From IMG/VR virus record IMGVR_UViG_2541047043_000003, positions 15,427-79,426 of that record: a stretch of DNA of 64,000 bases; one strand, written 5' to 3'. Positions 1 to 9,923 of this stretch are shown here, in pieces; position 1 is the first letter of the stretch, and each line of letters opens with the position of its first letter. The translations under genes and the position numbers were made by a program. Origin of the DNA: a virus (Duplodnaviria; Caudoviricetes). A model generated the notes under the pieces. That model ran no database searches and was not told the DNA's origin. It worked only from the letters and a program-made list of their open reading frames with translations.

Positions 1-2
1 AA

Positions 3-224
3 ACGGGACTAAAAACCCACGAATTAGGAAAGGACTTTGTAATATTCGGAGATTCCAAAATCAAATGGATCACCGATAAACCGAAAAACGGATATAGTGT
101 AATTTATGACTATCACCCGAGCTTTCGAATCTCCGGCTTTATCGAAGGCGGAAGCGGGGAAGACAGGGAAAAGCCGAAAATATTTAAACTAAAACCGATA
201 TCGAATTTAAACACACGTACTTAA
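3..224 (+). CDS. 3' end of a partial ORF, possibly a phage neck/head-closure protein
   Basis: Open frame TGLKTHELGKDFVIFGDSKIKWITDKPKNGYSVIYDYHPSF...NTRT, stop TAA at 222-224; phage context. Confidence 0.4.
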   Translation, partial: TGLKTHELGKDFVIFGDSKIKWITDKPKNGYSVIYDYHPSFRISGFIEGGSGEDREKPKIFKLKPISNLNTRT

Positions 225-241
225 AAGTAAGGAAAAAACAA

Positions 242-703
242 ATGGAACTAAAACTAAAAGCGGATTGGAAGTTTAAAACCTTTAAAGAAAAAACGCACAC
301 TTTCTTGAAAATGAAAAATCAAGAATCCAAATTCATAGAAACCCTAAAATTAAACGCACTCTTTCCAATGTATCTAATCGGGATGATGAAACTTGCCTGG
401 AGTATCTGGAGACACAAAATCAAATTTAGAACCGAAGTGCCGGGACAGTTGATGATTCTACACTACAACCAAAAAGAAATTAAGGATCTAAGCGGTGTAT
501 TAAAAAGAATTGAGGAGAGAGTCGTAAAACCCTTTCGTTTGTTACACAAAGTAAATCCTATAGTCCTTCTATTGCCGTTTGGAATCTCGTTTCAAGCGGG
601 AAGTTTTAAAGGGTTTGTAAAATCACTGGACTCAGGCCAATTACAAGCCCTAAAAAAAGAGCTCTATGAAATAAAGATCCTAACCCCCGCAAATAACGAA
701 TAA
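242..703 (+). CDS. Hypothetical phage protein
   Basis: 153-aa ORF with AAGGA SD upstream. Confidence 0.7.
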   Translation: MELKLKADWKFKTFKEKTHTFLKMKNQESKFIETLKLNALFPMYLIGMMKLAWSIWRHKIKFRTEVPGQLMILHYNQKEIKDLSGVLKRIEERVVKPFRLLHKVNPIVLLLPFGISFQAGSFKGFVKSLDSGQLQALKKELYEIKILTPANNE

Positions 704-708
704 GAGAC

Positions 709-2913
709 TTGGAAGAATTAGAAAAAGAAGATATCACTTCCGAACTCGCAGAAATAATCTTAGATAAAATTCACCTGGCAATGACGAAAGAAAATCCGTC
801 TTGGCAGGAAATGGCGATGAGTGATGGGCCGGACTCACACGAAGAAGAACTAAACTCACTATTAAAAGAAGGGTTTTTAAAGGTACTAAAACATTCCTCT
901 AAAACTTTGTCGGAAGGGGCCTGTATCCAACTGTCAAAAGAATTTAAAACACTCAAAGCCTCCTATCTTTCAAACTATCTAAAAGAAAAATCAAAAGCAG
1001 TCCAAACCCCAGAACAAAAAGAAGAAATTCAAAAATCAAAGCTACTACCCGGACAAAAAAGGCAGGGCAACTACAAAAAAACGTATCTCCAAGGGATTGA
1101 AATCAGAATCGAAAATAAAAAGGGGACATATAGAGAAGGAACCGACTCCCACGGAAAAAAATGGAGAAACAAAATCCATAACGACTATGGATACATAAAA
1201 AAAACAGACGGCGACCATGTAGACGTATTTGTCGGACCCGACAAAGAATCAAGGGTCGTATTCGTAATCAATCAGAAAGACAAGGAGGGAAATTTCGACG
1301 AACACAAGGTAATGCTTGGGTTTCACGACGAAAAATCGGCCAGAAACGGATATATAAAAAACTATCCGAAAAATTGGAAGGGGTTCGGTAGTATCGTCAA
1401 ATTAACCGTAGGAGAGTTTAAGGAGTGGTTAAAAACCGAAAACACCAAAAAAGAATTAAAAAATCCTAAAATAGAATTTTTAAAATCAAAACTCTCTCAT
1501 TTAAGAAGCACACTAAAAAACATAAACACTCCACAAAACAAACTCTTTCAAAAAGAAGAGTATGGAGAAATGGAGGAAGAGTCCGTCTACAAAAGTCTTC
1601 TTTTAGAAGTAAAAAAATCCACGCATCTAATCTCAAACCTACAAAAAGCGGATGTAGGCAGGCCGCCCGATTTAATCGGAACCGAAGAAGAATGGAATGA
1701 CGGGCGGATGCATAAAAAAACGGAAAGCGGTTGGATTACACTCCCAAAAAAGAGAGAGAAAAGAACACCCGAAGAAACAAAAATTAAAAAACACCCGAAA
1801 AAGAAAATAGAAGAAAAACCAAAAAAAGGAAATACTCATCCGACAAAACTTCCCTTTTCACAAATAAGAGTCATCGAACAATATACGGCAAAAAAAGACT
1901 ACGATCGCAATCAAATCGAAACTTTAAAAATTAAAATAAAAAAAAATGGATACGATCCGAGCTTTCCTTTGTCGGTCGATTTAAAAGAAGGAAAGTGGAC
2001 CGTTGTTGCCGGTCACCACAGATACGAAGCGGTGCGTGAGCTAATCGAAGAAGGGCATTTGTCGCAAAATATCGAAATACCGGTAGTCGAAAAAAATTTC
2101 GCGTCTAAAAACGATCGGCTGGTTGCACAAATTTCAGAAAATCACAGACGAAACGTACTCGCAACCGACGAAGCCAAAGCCTACGGGGAAATGGTAAAAA
2201 ACGGATGGGACGTAAAAAAAATCTCGGAAGAACTAGGAATCAAAGTCGGGGAAGTAAATAAAAGGTTAGCACTCAATAATTTATCACCTGAGTTATTTGC
2301 ACTCGTACACAAAAAAGACAGATCTTTGCCTCTTGGAATTGCAGAGGTGATAGGGATGAACGCAAAAGATGCAAACGACAAACCCTCTCACACAATGCAA
2401 ATCAGAGCGTTTAAGTGGTACGCTGAAAATAGGTCCAAATACGGAAGTAGGGGTGCAAGCGTACTCCAAAACTATATCAAAGAATTACAAAGTGGAGAAT
2501 TAGAAAATTTTGATTTTGATTACGTAGCGACGGATATACAAAAAGAGGCACTAAAGAACGTTTCCAAAGAGAAAGCGTCCGCAAATAAAAAGATGCTTGA
2601 GGTCATGCTCGACGGATTAACCAAAAGCATACAAAGGCCGCTTGGCGACAATATCACTTCCCTAAATCCACAGGTTGTAAAGGAGCTAGCGGCCTCACTC
2701 GCACTTAGCGCGGACAAAGGCGTGGAATCGTCTTCTGTACTCGGAAGACTTGGAGTCATAATCCAGGATTTGACTTTAATAAAGAATTCGATTCAAAGTA
2801 AATTGAAAGAGATCGAAAACGAATCGAGTACACCTCTACTATTTGCAAAAGGTTTTTTACAAAAAATTAAAAAAACCCTAGAACTTTCAAAAGGAAAGAA
2901 AGTGGAAATCTAA
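709..2913 (+). CDS. Polyvalent-type protein with an inorganic pyrophosphatase-like domain and a ParB/Srx domain with HTH; probable internal head protein
   Basis: YGYIKKTDGDHVDVFVGP...FDEHKVMLGF (InPase-like motif); VVAGHHRYEA...SENHRRNV..DEAKAY..ISEELG (ParB motifs). Confidence 0.75.
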   Translation: MEELEKEDITSELAEIILDKIHLAMTKENPSWQEMAMSDGPDSHEEELNSLLKEGFLKVLKHSSKTLSEGACIQLSKEFKTLKASYLSNYLKEKSKAVQTPEQKEEIQKSKLLPGQKRQGNYKKTYLQGIEIRIENKKGTYREGTDSHGKKWRNKIHNDYGYIKKTDGDHVDVFVGPDKESRVVFVINQKDKEGNFDEHKVMLGFHDEKSARNGYIKNYPKNWKGFGSIVKLTVGEFKEWLKTENTKKELKNPKIEFLKSKLSHLRSTLKNINTPQNKLFQKEEYGEMEEESVYKSLLLEVKKSTHLISNLQKADVGRPPDLIGTEEEWNDGRMHKKTESGWITLPKKREKRTPEETKIKKHPKKKIEEKPKKGNTHPTKLPFSQIRVIEQYTAKKDYDRNQIETLKIKIKKNGYDPSFPLSVDLKEGKWTVVAGHHRYEAVRELIEEGHLSQNIEIPVVEKNFASKNDRLVAQISENHRRNVLATDEAKAYGEMVKNGWDVKKISEELGIKVGEVNKRLALNNLSPELFALVHKKDRSLPLGIAEVIGMNAKDANDKPSHTMQIRAFKWYAENRSKYGSRGASVLQNYIKELQSGELENFDFDYVATDIQKEALKNVSKEKASANKKMLEVMLDGLTKSIQRPLGDNITSLNPQVVKELAASLALSADKGVESSSVLGRLGVIIQDLTLIKNSIQSKLKEIENESSTPLLFAKGFLQKIKKTLELSKGKKVEI

Positions 2914-2963
2914 CTTTCCCGATACTTCCAAAAACAAGTAAAAGGAAAAAAGAGTAATTTTTT

Positions 2964-3185
2964 TTGAGTAAATCTTTCAGACATCATCCGGAAGTGCTTC
3001 GAAATAGAGCCTTACTTACGGAAGGGTTGTATTTTCAAAAACTTACACACTCCGTATTTGATGAAATATGGCAAAATATAGATAGGACGTTTGTAGACCG
3101 AGACAGGCTTTTGGAATTTGTAATCAAAGAGGATTTACTCGGGGACTATGAGAAGTTTTTACAGCAAAAAGAGAACGAAACTTAA
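2964..3185 (+). CDS. Small hypothetical protein
   Basis: 73-aa ORF, TTG start. Confidence 0.5.
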   Translation: MSKSFRHHPEVLRNRALLTEGLYFQKLTHSVFDEIWQNIDRTFVDRDRLLEFVIKEDLLGDYEKFLQQKENET

Positions 3186-3526
3186 AAGTCTTTTAAAAAA
3201 AGAACGAAGTTTTGGAAAGGGGTTCTCGAATTGATTAAAAAGTCGGAACACATAAAAAACCGTTCGTTTTCGTTTTTACTACGAACCCAGAGAGTAAGAT
3301 CCTCTAAAACTACGGACCGATTGTAATTTAAGTTATGCTCGTTTTTAAAGCCGTACGTTTTACTGAGTCCGATCAAAACTAGAAACCGACCTTTAAAAAG
3401 TCCTTTTTGGATATCTTTTAAATCGTGGATATCGCTAGAGTCCGGAAACCCGAAGGGGATCAAATTAATTTTAGGACCGATTGAAAATTTAGATTCCGAA
3501 TTTAACGCATAAATAAAAGTATCCAC
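3182..3526 (-). CDS. Hypothetical protein
   Basis: 114-aa ORF. Confidence 0.55.
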   Translation of the reverse strand: MDTFIYALNSESKFSIGPKINLIPFGFPDSSDIHDLKDIQKGLFKGRFLVLIGLSKTYGFKNEHNLNYNRSVVLEDLTLWVRSKNENERFFMCSDFLINSRTPFQNFVLFLKDF

Positions 3527-3723
3527 AACGTTTCTAAAACCTTAATATTCTATTTTGGGATTTCTGTAAATAAAAAGAACGAATTCAAGGCCCGAAAACA
3601 GCAAGACTTAGTGAATAAAAAAACAGTCCCGATTTCTTTTTTCCAATTTTAAAAAAAAGAGAAAAAAACTCGGAAAATGGGTCACGAAAAATGACGTTAA
3701 ACCTTTTAAAATTTGAAGATCTA

Positions 3724-4032
3724 TTATTTAGAGAATTCTTCCGCCAAAGATCTCGACATATCCGCATAAGAGGAGACTGACTTGGAAACAAGGTCTAAGA
3801 TTTCTTCCTGATTGTCGTTTGTATGGAAAAGGGTAAGCCCTTGCGTTGACATTTGGTGAAAAAGAAGGTCTTTGTTAGAAGTGGGGTATTTTTTAAAAAG
3901 TTCGTTTGCGCGAAAAAGAAGTCCCCGCACAAAGTTGTAGGCGTCACTGGCCGCCTCGCTTTCCGATCGTCCTTTGTTTCTTGCAATTTGGCTAAGTTGA
4001 CCGATCTGTTGAAAAATTAAATCTTGATTCAT
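3724..4032 (-). CDS. Hypothetical helical protein (likely start MNQDL at 4032)
   Basis: GGAGG SD about 10 nt before the ATG at 4032. Confidence 0.65.
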   Translation of the reverse strand: MNQDLIFQQIGQLSQIARNKGRSESEAASDAYNFVRGLLFRANELFKKYPTSNKDLLFHQMSTQGLTLFHTNDNQEEILDLVSKSVSSYADMSRSLAEEFSK

Positions 4033-4238
4033 TGTTTTTGTACCTCCGCAACAACTCATATACTAATCTACCACCTAAAAATCGGACAAGACTCTGATTT
4101 TAATTTTGTTTTGAGACGCACAAAACAACCACACACGCTACACTGCTCCGACAAAAACCCCTTTAAAATTAAAGGACAGGACAAACAAGTCTCCAAACGT
4201 TTTTTAGAAAAATCACTTTCCTTTTTAATCATACTTTT

Positions 4239-4691
4239 TTAACTCCAATACCTACCGTGAACGAGGTAAGTCGTGACCGGTTTCCACTGAAAAAATTCAT
4301 AACGAAAAACTCTGTAACGAGTATACCAGTCCGGAATATAACAAGAGTTGCATGTGTGAATACAACACGTAGTGGTGCAACACCAAACAAAGGTGGTGCC
4401 ACCCACCCAGCAAAGATTAATACTGACACTTCTGGAATAGCCGCCGGGACAAGGAAGACAATCAAACCAAGGCCCTTTTTGAAAACAGGAATCGCTACCA
4501 CCGCATTGATTGCAGTCCGTAACCGAATAACCGTAATCAAGATGAGCGTCCACAACGTACCAAGTGTCTCCGATAGTGTAAGAGCCTTTTGGAAAAACGT
4601 CGTAACGATTCGAACCTAAATTCCCCACCCAATGGCCGCTTGCTCCGCTTACCGGAGAAGAAGGCCCACTCGGCGGGGTTATGCGAAAGGG
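4239..4691 (-). CDS. Cys-rich (12 Cys) domain, probably translated as a -1 frameshift extension of the upstream gene
   Basis: Frame stays open from the C-CCT-TTC heptamer (4685-4691) to the stop at 4239; CxxC...CC..CC..CxxC pattern. Confidence 0.65.
   Translation of the reverse strand, partial: PFRITPPSGPSSPVSGASGHWVGNLGSNRYDVFPKGSYTIGDTWYVVDAHLDYGYSVTDCNQCGGSDSCFQKGPWFDCLPCPGGYSRSVSINLCWVGGTTFVWCCTTTCCIHTCNSCYIPDWYTRYRVFRYEFFQWKPVTTYLVHGRYWS
4623..4691 (-). promoter_or_regulatory. -1 programmed ribosomal frameshift signal (slippery heptamer, 6-nt spacer, long GC-rich hairpin)
   Basis: Minus strand reads CTC CCT TTC GCA TAA, then CCCCGCCGAGTGGGCC...CTCCG-gtaag-CGGAG...GGCCATTGGGTGGGG. Confidence 0.7.
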
Positions 4692-5455
4692 AGCCAGGTG
4701 GCTCCTTCGTTATCGCTCCAATAGGAAAAATTACCTTGAGTTCTAACCCTCCAGTTCTTGCTTGTAGAACCGGGGGAGGGGGTGGTTTTTAAAAAATCCT
4801 TTGATTCAAGGTGTTCGTAAATCCAGTTGATCGCACTGGCAAGAGACTCGTTGTCTAAAATTCCGGGGTTTAATTCCACGTCGATTCCGATCAGTTTCGG
4901 GTCATAGACGGGTAAAGTGCGAGTAACGTTTGAAATGACACCACCGACACTTGTTTTTTGAAACGATAACAAACCGATTCGGTTCGGAGAAACAGAGGGA
5001 AGATTTTGGGAATTAACGGATTGTTCGAAAACTCTGGACCTGAAAGTTTTTCTTGTGGGCCTTGTTTGAGGTTGGAATCTTTCGCTTGAATTAAAAATAG
5101 GAACCGCTTTTTCGTCGGTAAGAGAGGATTCTAGAGCAATTTCATAAATACCGACTCGCGAATTCGGATTAGGGGTTAAAGTTAAAGCGGGAACGATAAA
5201 AACGCAGTCGGTTCTTATAAAAATACCGGAACTCACTTGTATCGTATTCGGACCCGTTAAGGAAACTTCAAAACCGATTGCTGTATCCGAATCCCTGTTG
5301 ATCGTTGCAAGGATCGCAGAAAGTAAGGCCGGAACGATCGAGTTTGAACTTTCAGCCCCCGAGAGTCTGTTAAAATCTTCTGCTGTGACTTTTTGAAAAA
5401 GATTTTGATAATAGACTTTGACTTCGTTACCGGAAATTAAGATTTCAGTTTCCAT
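4679..5455 (-). CDS. Baseplate/tail-fibre-associated protein (start METEIL at 5455)
   Basis: Follows the baseplate J and I-like genes; its ATG overlaps the end of the upstream ORF. Confidence 0.6.
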   Translation of the reverse strand: METEILISGNEVKVYYQNLFQKVTAEDFNRLSGAESSNSIVPALLSAILATINRDSDTAIGFEVSLTGPNTIQVSSGIFIRTDCVFIVPALTLTPNPNSRVGIYEIALESSLTDEKAVPIFNSSERFQPQTRPTRKTFRSRVFEQSVNSQNLPSVSPNRIGLLSFQKTSVGGVISNVTRTLPVYDPKLIGIDVELNPGILDNESLASAINWIYEHLESKDFLKTTPSPGSTSKNWRVRTQGNFSYWSDNEGATWLPFA

Positions 5456-6044
5456 TTTTAGCTCCAAGAAAAACGGCGGTGCCAGCCGCAAGAATTCGAT
5501 TGAGTTGTGTGATTTGAATGTCTTTAAAAGAAGAAAGGTTTTCGGCGACAATGTAACTCACACCTCTGTCGGGTGTGACGATACTCGAAACCGAGTTCGT
5601 ATCGGGACCCGGAAGAAAAAGGCCGGTATCACTAGCCGATACGTCGGTTGCAAACCCGAGTTCGTTACATCGTAAAACCGCAAAGTCAGGCCTTTGAAAA
5701 ATCTGTCCGATTTTTGGAATCGTAGGTTCGTTAGAAAGAACGTATCCTAGGATGTAGCCTACAAACTCGGGATCATTCATATTCAAAGGTCGCTCGATTC
5801 CTAGAAGCTCTGCCCACTTTCTAAGGAAATGACCTTCCGTGTTAGACAAAACCGCGCAGTGTGTGGCAAGTTCTTGATACCTCAAATGCCACTCAACGGA
5901 ATTAAAAAGCGCGCCTACGTTTATATCATTGACGTTCGTTGTCGGAAGATACTCGGGACGGGACTTGTCGCCGAACAGTTCTTTAAACGTAGGGTCGGTT
6001 TCGTTAAACTGAGGGAGTCTTTCTAAAAGTTTATTTAAAGCCAT
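5445..6044 (-). CDS. Baseplate wedge protein (gpI/gp48-like)
   Basis: EGHFLRKWAELLGIER..M.DPEF motif; lies directly after baseplate J. Confidence 0.65.
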   Translation of the reverse strand: MALNKLLERLPQFNETDPTFKELFGDKSRPEYLPTTNVNDINVGALFNSVEWHLRYQELATHCAVLSNTEGHFLRKWAELLGIERPLNMNDPEFVGYILGYVLSNEPTIPKIGQIFQRPDFAVLRCNELGFATDVSASDTGLFLPGPDTNSVSSIVTPDRGVSYIVAENLSSFKDIQITQLNRILAAGTAVFLGAKNGN

Positions 6045-6049
6045 ATATC

Positions 6050-7252
6050 TTAAGAGGGTTCGGATTTGGAAGCGGAACCCAAAATCACGCCCAGAGACGA
6101 ACCGCCGGTTCTTGGAAGAAACGTGGGAGGAACGCTAACGTCATTTGGAATCGGCGGCGTATTTGGAACGGGGTCGGTCGCAAGTTTTCCGTAGAGTTCT
6201 AAGATCGTTACCTTGTAAAAGTCGGGATGACTTTTAAGGATAGTACCTTCCACTTGTTTGAGTAAAACGTCAAAACCAACCGGAAGGGTGTTGAGATAAG
6301 TTGTGATTGCGTTTGTTGCGACCGAGATCGCGTCATCGATTGAGACTTGAGAATTATTTAATATTTCTAAATGAAATTTAACCGAGATTCCAAGAACCGG
6401 GATTTTAAAAACACAAACCCAAGTGCCAGCGGCCGCATACCCGGGGAAATTTTCAGGGTCTTGTAAATCCCCTTCGATTGTTTTTTGAACGAAGTCAAGG
6501 AGGGATTGCGGAGGATTTGACGTGCCGTCTGAGACATACAAATTGATCCAACCGAATTCCCTTTGACCCGAAAAGGGGTTTACGTTTGTAGTAAGTTGCG
6601 CTCCGGCGATACCTGGAATAGAAATCGTAGCGGTATAGATACCGAGGGGTGTGGATCTACCCAAAGAAACGATAAAATTACGAAATCTTTTAAGACGATT
6701 TTCTTCGCTTTCTTTATTTGTACCTCCCGCAAAATCGTTCGGATTCCAAACCCGAGTATTTGCAGGAAGTTGAATATTTAAGGTACCGAGACCTTCTTCC
6801 GTATCGATCGAAAGCCTACGAATATTAAAGTCGACACCCGGCTCTTTGGCCCGAATTTCAATTTCACCAAAGGTTTGGCCCACTTCGATGGAAGTAGGTA
6901 GAACGGATTCGTACATAAGGCCGAAAAGATCGAGGGTAAAAATCGGAATTGGAACGGGAGATGTATGGCCTTGGTGTTCGATTCGAACGATACCAACCGA
7001 TCTTAAACCCGGAAGCCTTGAAAACCCGAGTGCTGTATATATTCCTTCCCGGATCGAGTAGTCAAAACCGTTGAGGGTTCTAAGATCGCCTTCGGCTAAA
7101 ACGGAGGCAATGGCCGCGATCCAAGTGGAAATCCTAGAACCCGGATTGAAGTTACAAAGTCTAGAACCCGTAGAGATTAGGAAATTTTGAATCGCTATTT
7201 TGTATTCAAGTTCGGTTTTGGGAACGTAAGCCACGTTCTTAAAACTAAACAT
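6050..7252 (-). CDS. Baseplate J/gp47 family protein (probable GTG start at 7234)
   Basis: NFNPGS, FAGGTNKESEENRLKRF and LYVSDG motifs. Confidence 0.85.
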   Translation of the reverse strand: MFSFKNVAYVPKTELEYKIAIQNFLISTGSRLCNFNPGSRISTWIAAIASVLAEGDLRTLNGFDYSIREGIYTALGFSRLPGLRSVGIVRIEHQGHTSPVPIPIFTLDLFGLMYESVLPTSIEVGQTFGEIEIRAKEPGVDFNIRRLSIDTEEGLGTLNIQLPANTRVWNPNDFAGGTNKESEENRLKRFRNFIVSLGRSTPLGIYTATISIPGIAGAQLTTNVNPFSGQREFGWINLYVSDGTSNPPQSLLDFVQKTIEGDLQDPENFPGYAAAGTWVCVFKIPVLGISVKFHLEILNNSQVSIDDAISVATNAITTYLNTLPVGFDVLLKQVEGTILKSHPDFYKVTILELYGKLATDPVPNTPPIPNDVSVPPTFLPRTGGSSLGVILGSASKSEPS

Positions 7253-7309
7253 AAAAAAAGGTATCGGAAAAAAAACCGATACACGTAAGCGGGTGTTAGA
7301 TTCTTTTTT

Positions 7310-9220
7310 GTGGGAATCATGGGTCTTGCAACATCAGGATTTAATTCGGTAACGGGAGGGGGGTTTTCAGGAAGCCTTGCACCGACGTATGAGGCTCAAA
7401 ACGTATTTTCTTTCGCCTTCTATGAAAAGGAAAAAAGCGGAAAATACTCGATTACGAAAGGGGACTCAAACGAATATTTTTTTGTAAACGGTCCGCTGTC
7501 GTATACGGAGAATTTTAAAAATAGAACCAACATAGAAAAAACATTCGGCGGAGTAGTAGTCGTAGACTTTGGACCGGACAATCACGAAATTAAACTAGAA
7601 GGCGAATTCCATATCTATCACCTAGGACTTCCCCAAAAACCTAGATCTACGATACCGGGAGAATCGGGGTCCGGATTTGTACAGTCCGCTTTTTCAGCCG
7701 GTAAAACGATATTAAAAAATAAAATCGGAAGTTACTACGACAAGTTGAGAAGCAGTTATTTAAGTCTCGGGGGAGGGGAGTTTCGTAGCGGCCTACAGGA
7801 ATTCCAGGACTTTATGTTCCTACTCCACTACTCTCGAAATTTAGAAAGAGTGGAATATACGACCAACGACCCGCAAGCGTCGAGTATCATAAAACTGTTC
7901 CTTGAAAAAAGACTTACCTGGAAAACACACGCCTTCGTATTCAGAGACTACGATAGAAATAGAACCGTAGAGGTAGTCATTCCAAGTAACGGCTTTACGA
8001 TTTCAAGATCGGTATCCGATACCAACACTTACAAATATTCCTTAAGTTTAGTGGTCGTAAAAGAACTGGAATCAAGAATTACAAGTCAGTTAGTGAGGTC
8101 GAATTTTAACGCGTTTAGAACGATTTCCGGCCTTATGAACGAAATTGAAAATTTAGTGAACCTTCCTTTAAAAATATCGGGCGCGTTACTCGGAGTTGCA
8201 AGAGGAATCCAGGTGTTTGCAAGTTCCACCAAAAGACTACTTACCTCCTGGGACAGAATGAAGGATCAGTTTGGTATAGAAGGAAAACTTGCGAGAAAAA
8301 CATTCGAAAACGCTAAATTAGAACTCTCTCTAAAAACCAAAAAAAGAGGATTACACTCGGATGAGCTTTCGGATCAAATTGATATTTCATCTAAAAAATC
8401 CCGTTCAAATGAAGCCGAATTTAGACAAAATTTAGATACGGCTACAAACGACTGCAATTCCCTAGTTACTTCAATTTCTCAAGTTTTAATCTCCGTAGAC
8501 GATTCAGGTTCGATCGAGGCAATGTCACTAAAACCGAACGCGGATTTAAGCGTTTGGATAGAAAACGACGTATACAAGTTCGTCTTAACTTCCAAAGAAA
8601 TTTTAATCGAAATAAAAGCGGCCCTAAACCTTGCATCCACTGACAACGAATTTTCAATATACCACGTTAGCCCTGGAGATACCTGGGAAAGTATCGCCGA
8701 AAAAAAGTTAAAAGACTTAAAACTCGGACTTTCCCTTGCCAAATATAATAACGCACAAGACACGACAAGTTTAACCAAAAGGGCGATTAAAATCCCGTAT
8801 GGAACAAACACTAACGTATTCACAACCCTTCCGGACAATCCAAGTCCAAAGGATTTAGAAATCGCACTCATCGGATGTGATATACGACTAAATCCGAATC
8901 GAGGGATTGAAATCTCTCCCACGGGTGATTTAAGTCTCCTCGAGGGGGATGAGACGTTAATCAATGAAAAGTTGGATTTAATCGATATCGTACAAGGTTC
9001 ATTGATCGGTGCGTCCGAATTTGGAAACCCGATCCTACCGGGAGAAAACCCGGATGAGATTTTTAAAAAAGGGAGTATTACAAATCTTTTAAATCAATTT
9101 CGGTCCGATCCGAGAATTAAAAGCGCAAAATTTTTAGGGGCCGTAGGGGAGGGGGATGTTTTCTATTTTAATTTCCAATTGGAGTCGATATCCGGAGGGA
9201 GTGTTATTCTTTCCGTATGA
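7310..9220 (+). CDS. Baseplate/tube-initiator protein with LysM and a C-terminal gp25-like wedge domain
   Basis: YHVSPGDTWESIAEK (LysM); GDLSLLEG...FG...DPRIKS (gp25/W-like). Confidence 0.65.
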   Translation: MGIMGLATSGFNSVTGGGFSGSLAPTYEAQNVFSFAFYEKEKSGKYSITKGDSNEYFFVNGPLSYTENFKNRTNIEKTFGGVVVVDFGPDNHEIKLEGEFHIYHLGLPQKPRSTIPGESGSGFVQSAFSAGKTILKNKIGSYYDKLRSSYLSLGGGEFRSGLQEFQDFMFLLHYSRNLERVEYTTNDPQASSIIKLFLEKRLTWKTHAFVFRDYDRNRTVEVVIPSNGFTISRSVSDTNTYKYSLSLVVVKELESRITSQLVRSNFNAFRTISGLMNEIENLVNLPLKISGALLGVARGIQVFASSTKRLLTSWDRMKDQFGIEGKLARKTFENAKLELSLKTKKRGLHSDELSDQIDISSKKSRSNEAEFRQNLDTATNDCNSLVTSISQVLISVDDSGSIEAMSLKPNADLSVWIENDVYKFVLTSKEILIEIKAALNLASTDNEFSIYHVSPGDTWESIAEKKLKDLKLGLSLAKYNNAQDTTSLTKRAIKIPYGTNTNVFTTLPDNPSPKDLEIALIGCDIRLNPNRGIEISPTGDLSLLEGDETLINEKLDLIDIVQGSLIGASEFGNPILPGENPDEIFKKGSITNLLNQFRSDPRIKSAKFLGAVGEGDVFYFNFQLESISGGSVILSV

Positions 9221-9900
9221 GTGGGAGCTTTACAAACGATTCTTTTGACTGGCAAGAAAAAATAAAGTCTTTGGATTCTCGTTTTGCGCCTCCCGTATTT
9301 GCAACCGTAACGGAAGTTTTTCCCAGATTTAGAGCGAACGTCCTGACAACTTTCGGTGAACAATTTTTAAAAGTCAGGTATTTCGGACCCGCATTGTTTT
9401 CAAACGGGAAGGCGCACGGACGGGCCTTCTCATTAAAAAAAGATCAATTAGTACTTCTAGAATTCATCGGCGGGTCATTTAGAAGTCCCGTGATAACGAA
9501 AACGTTTCCGTTTGCGACAAAAGACAGCGAGTTTGATTCTTTAAGTATGTTTTGGAAGAAATTTTCCTTTTTAGATCCGAATACGGATATCATCGACTTT
9601 CACGAATCCGGTTATTGTGTCAGGCAAACAACGAATAAAATAGAAGTGTATGACTCGGATTTAAGTATCGTTTTGGAATTTGATTTTTTAGAAAAGAAAG
9701 GAAAATTAAATTTTACTGATTTAGAAATAACGGCCAAAACCAAAATCACCGGGGACTTGGAGGTCAAAGGAAAAATCAAAGCAAGCGGGGAAATAGAATC
9801 GGAAAAAGACCTAATCTCTTCTAAAAAGTCCTTTAACAATCACGGCCACACGTATAACCCGGGGCCTTTAGCACCTACAAAAACAAGTCCTCCGATTTAA
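9217..9900 (+). CDS. Baseplate spike (gpV-like)
   Basis: OB-fold-like N-terminus; ITGDLEVKG beta-strand repeats; HxH tip motif (NNHGHTY). Confidence 0.8.
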   Translation: MSGSFTNDSFDWQEKIKSLDSRFAPPVFATVTEVFPRFRANVLTTFGEQFLKVRYFGPALFSNGKAHGRAFSLKKDQLVLLEFIGGSFRSPVITKTFPFATKDSEFDSLSMFWKKFSFLDPNTDIIDFHESGYCVRQTTNKIEVYDSDLSIVLEFDFLEKKGKLNFTDLEITAKTKITGDLEVKGKIKASGEIESEKDLISSKKSFNNHGHTYNPGPLAPTKTSPPI

Positions 9901-9923
9901 AAAATAAAGGTTTCTTTTTTTGT

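Noticed and set aside
4033-4059. MSCCGG metal-binding N-terminus of ORF 3724-4059
   Set aside because: The GGAGG within it is a better SD for the ATG at 4032, so the Cys pair is probably not translated
4229-4619. Alternative overlapping ORFs 4229-4555 (-) and 4257-4619 (+)
   Set aside because: Shadow frames of the Cys-rich ORF
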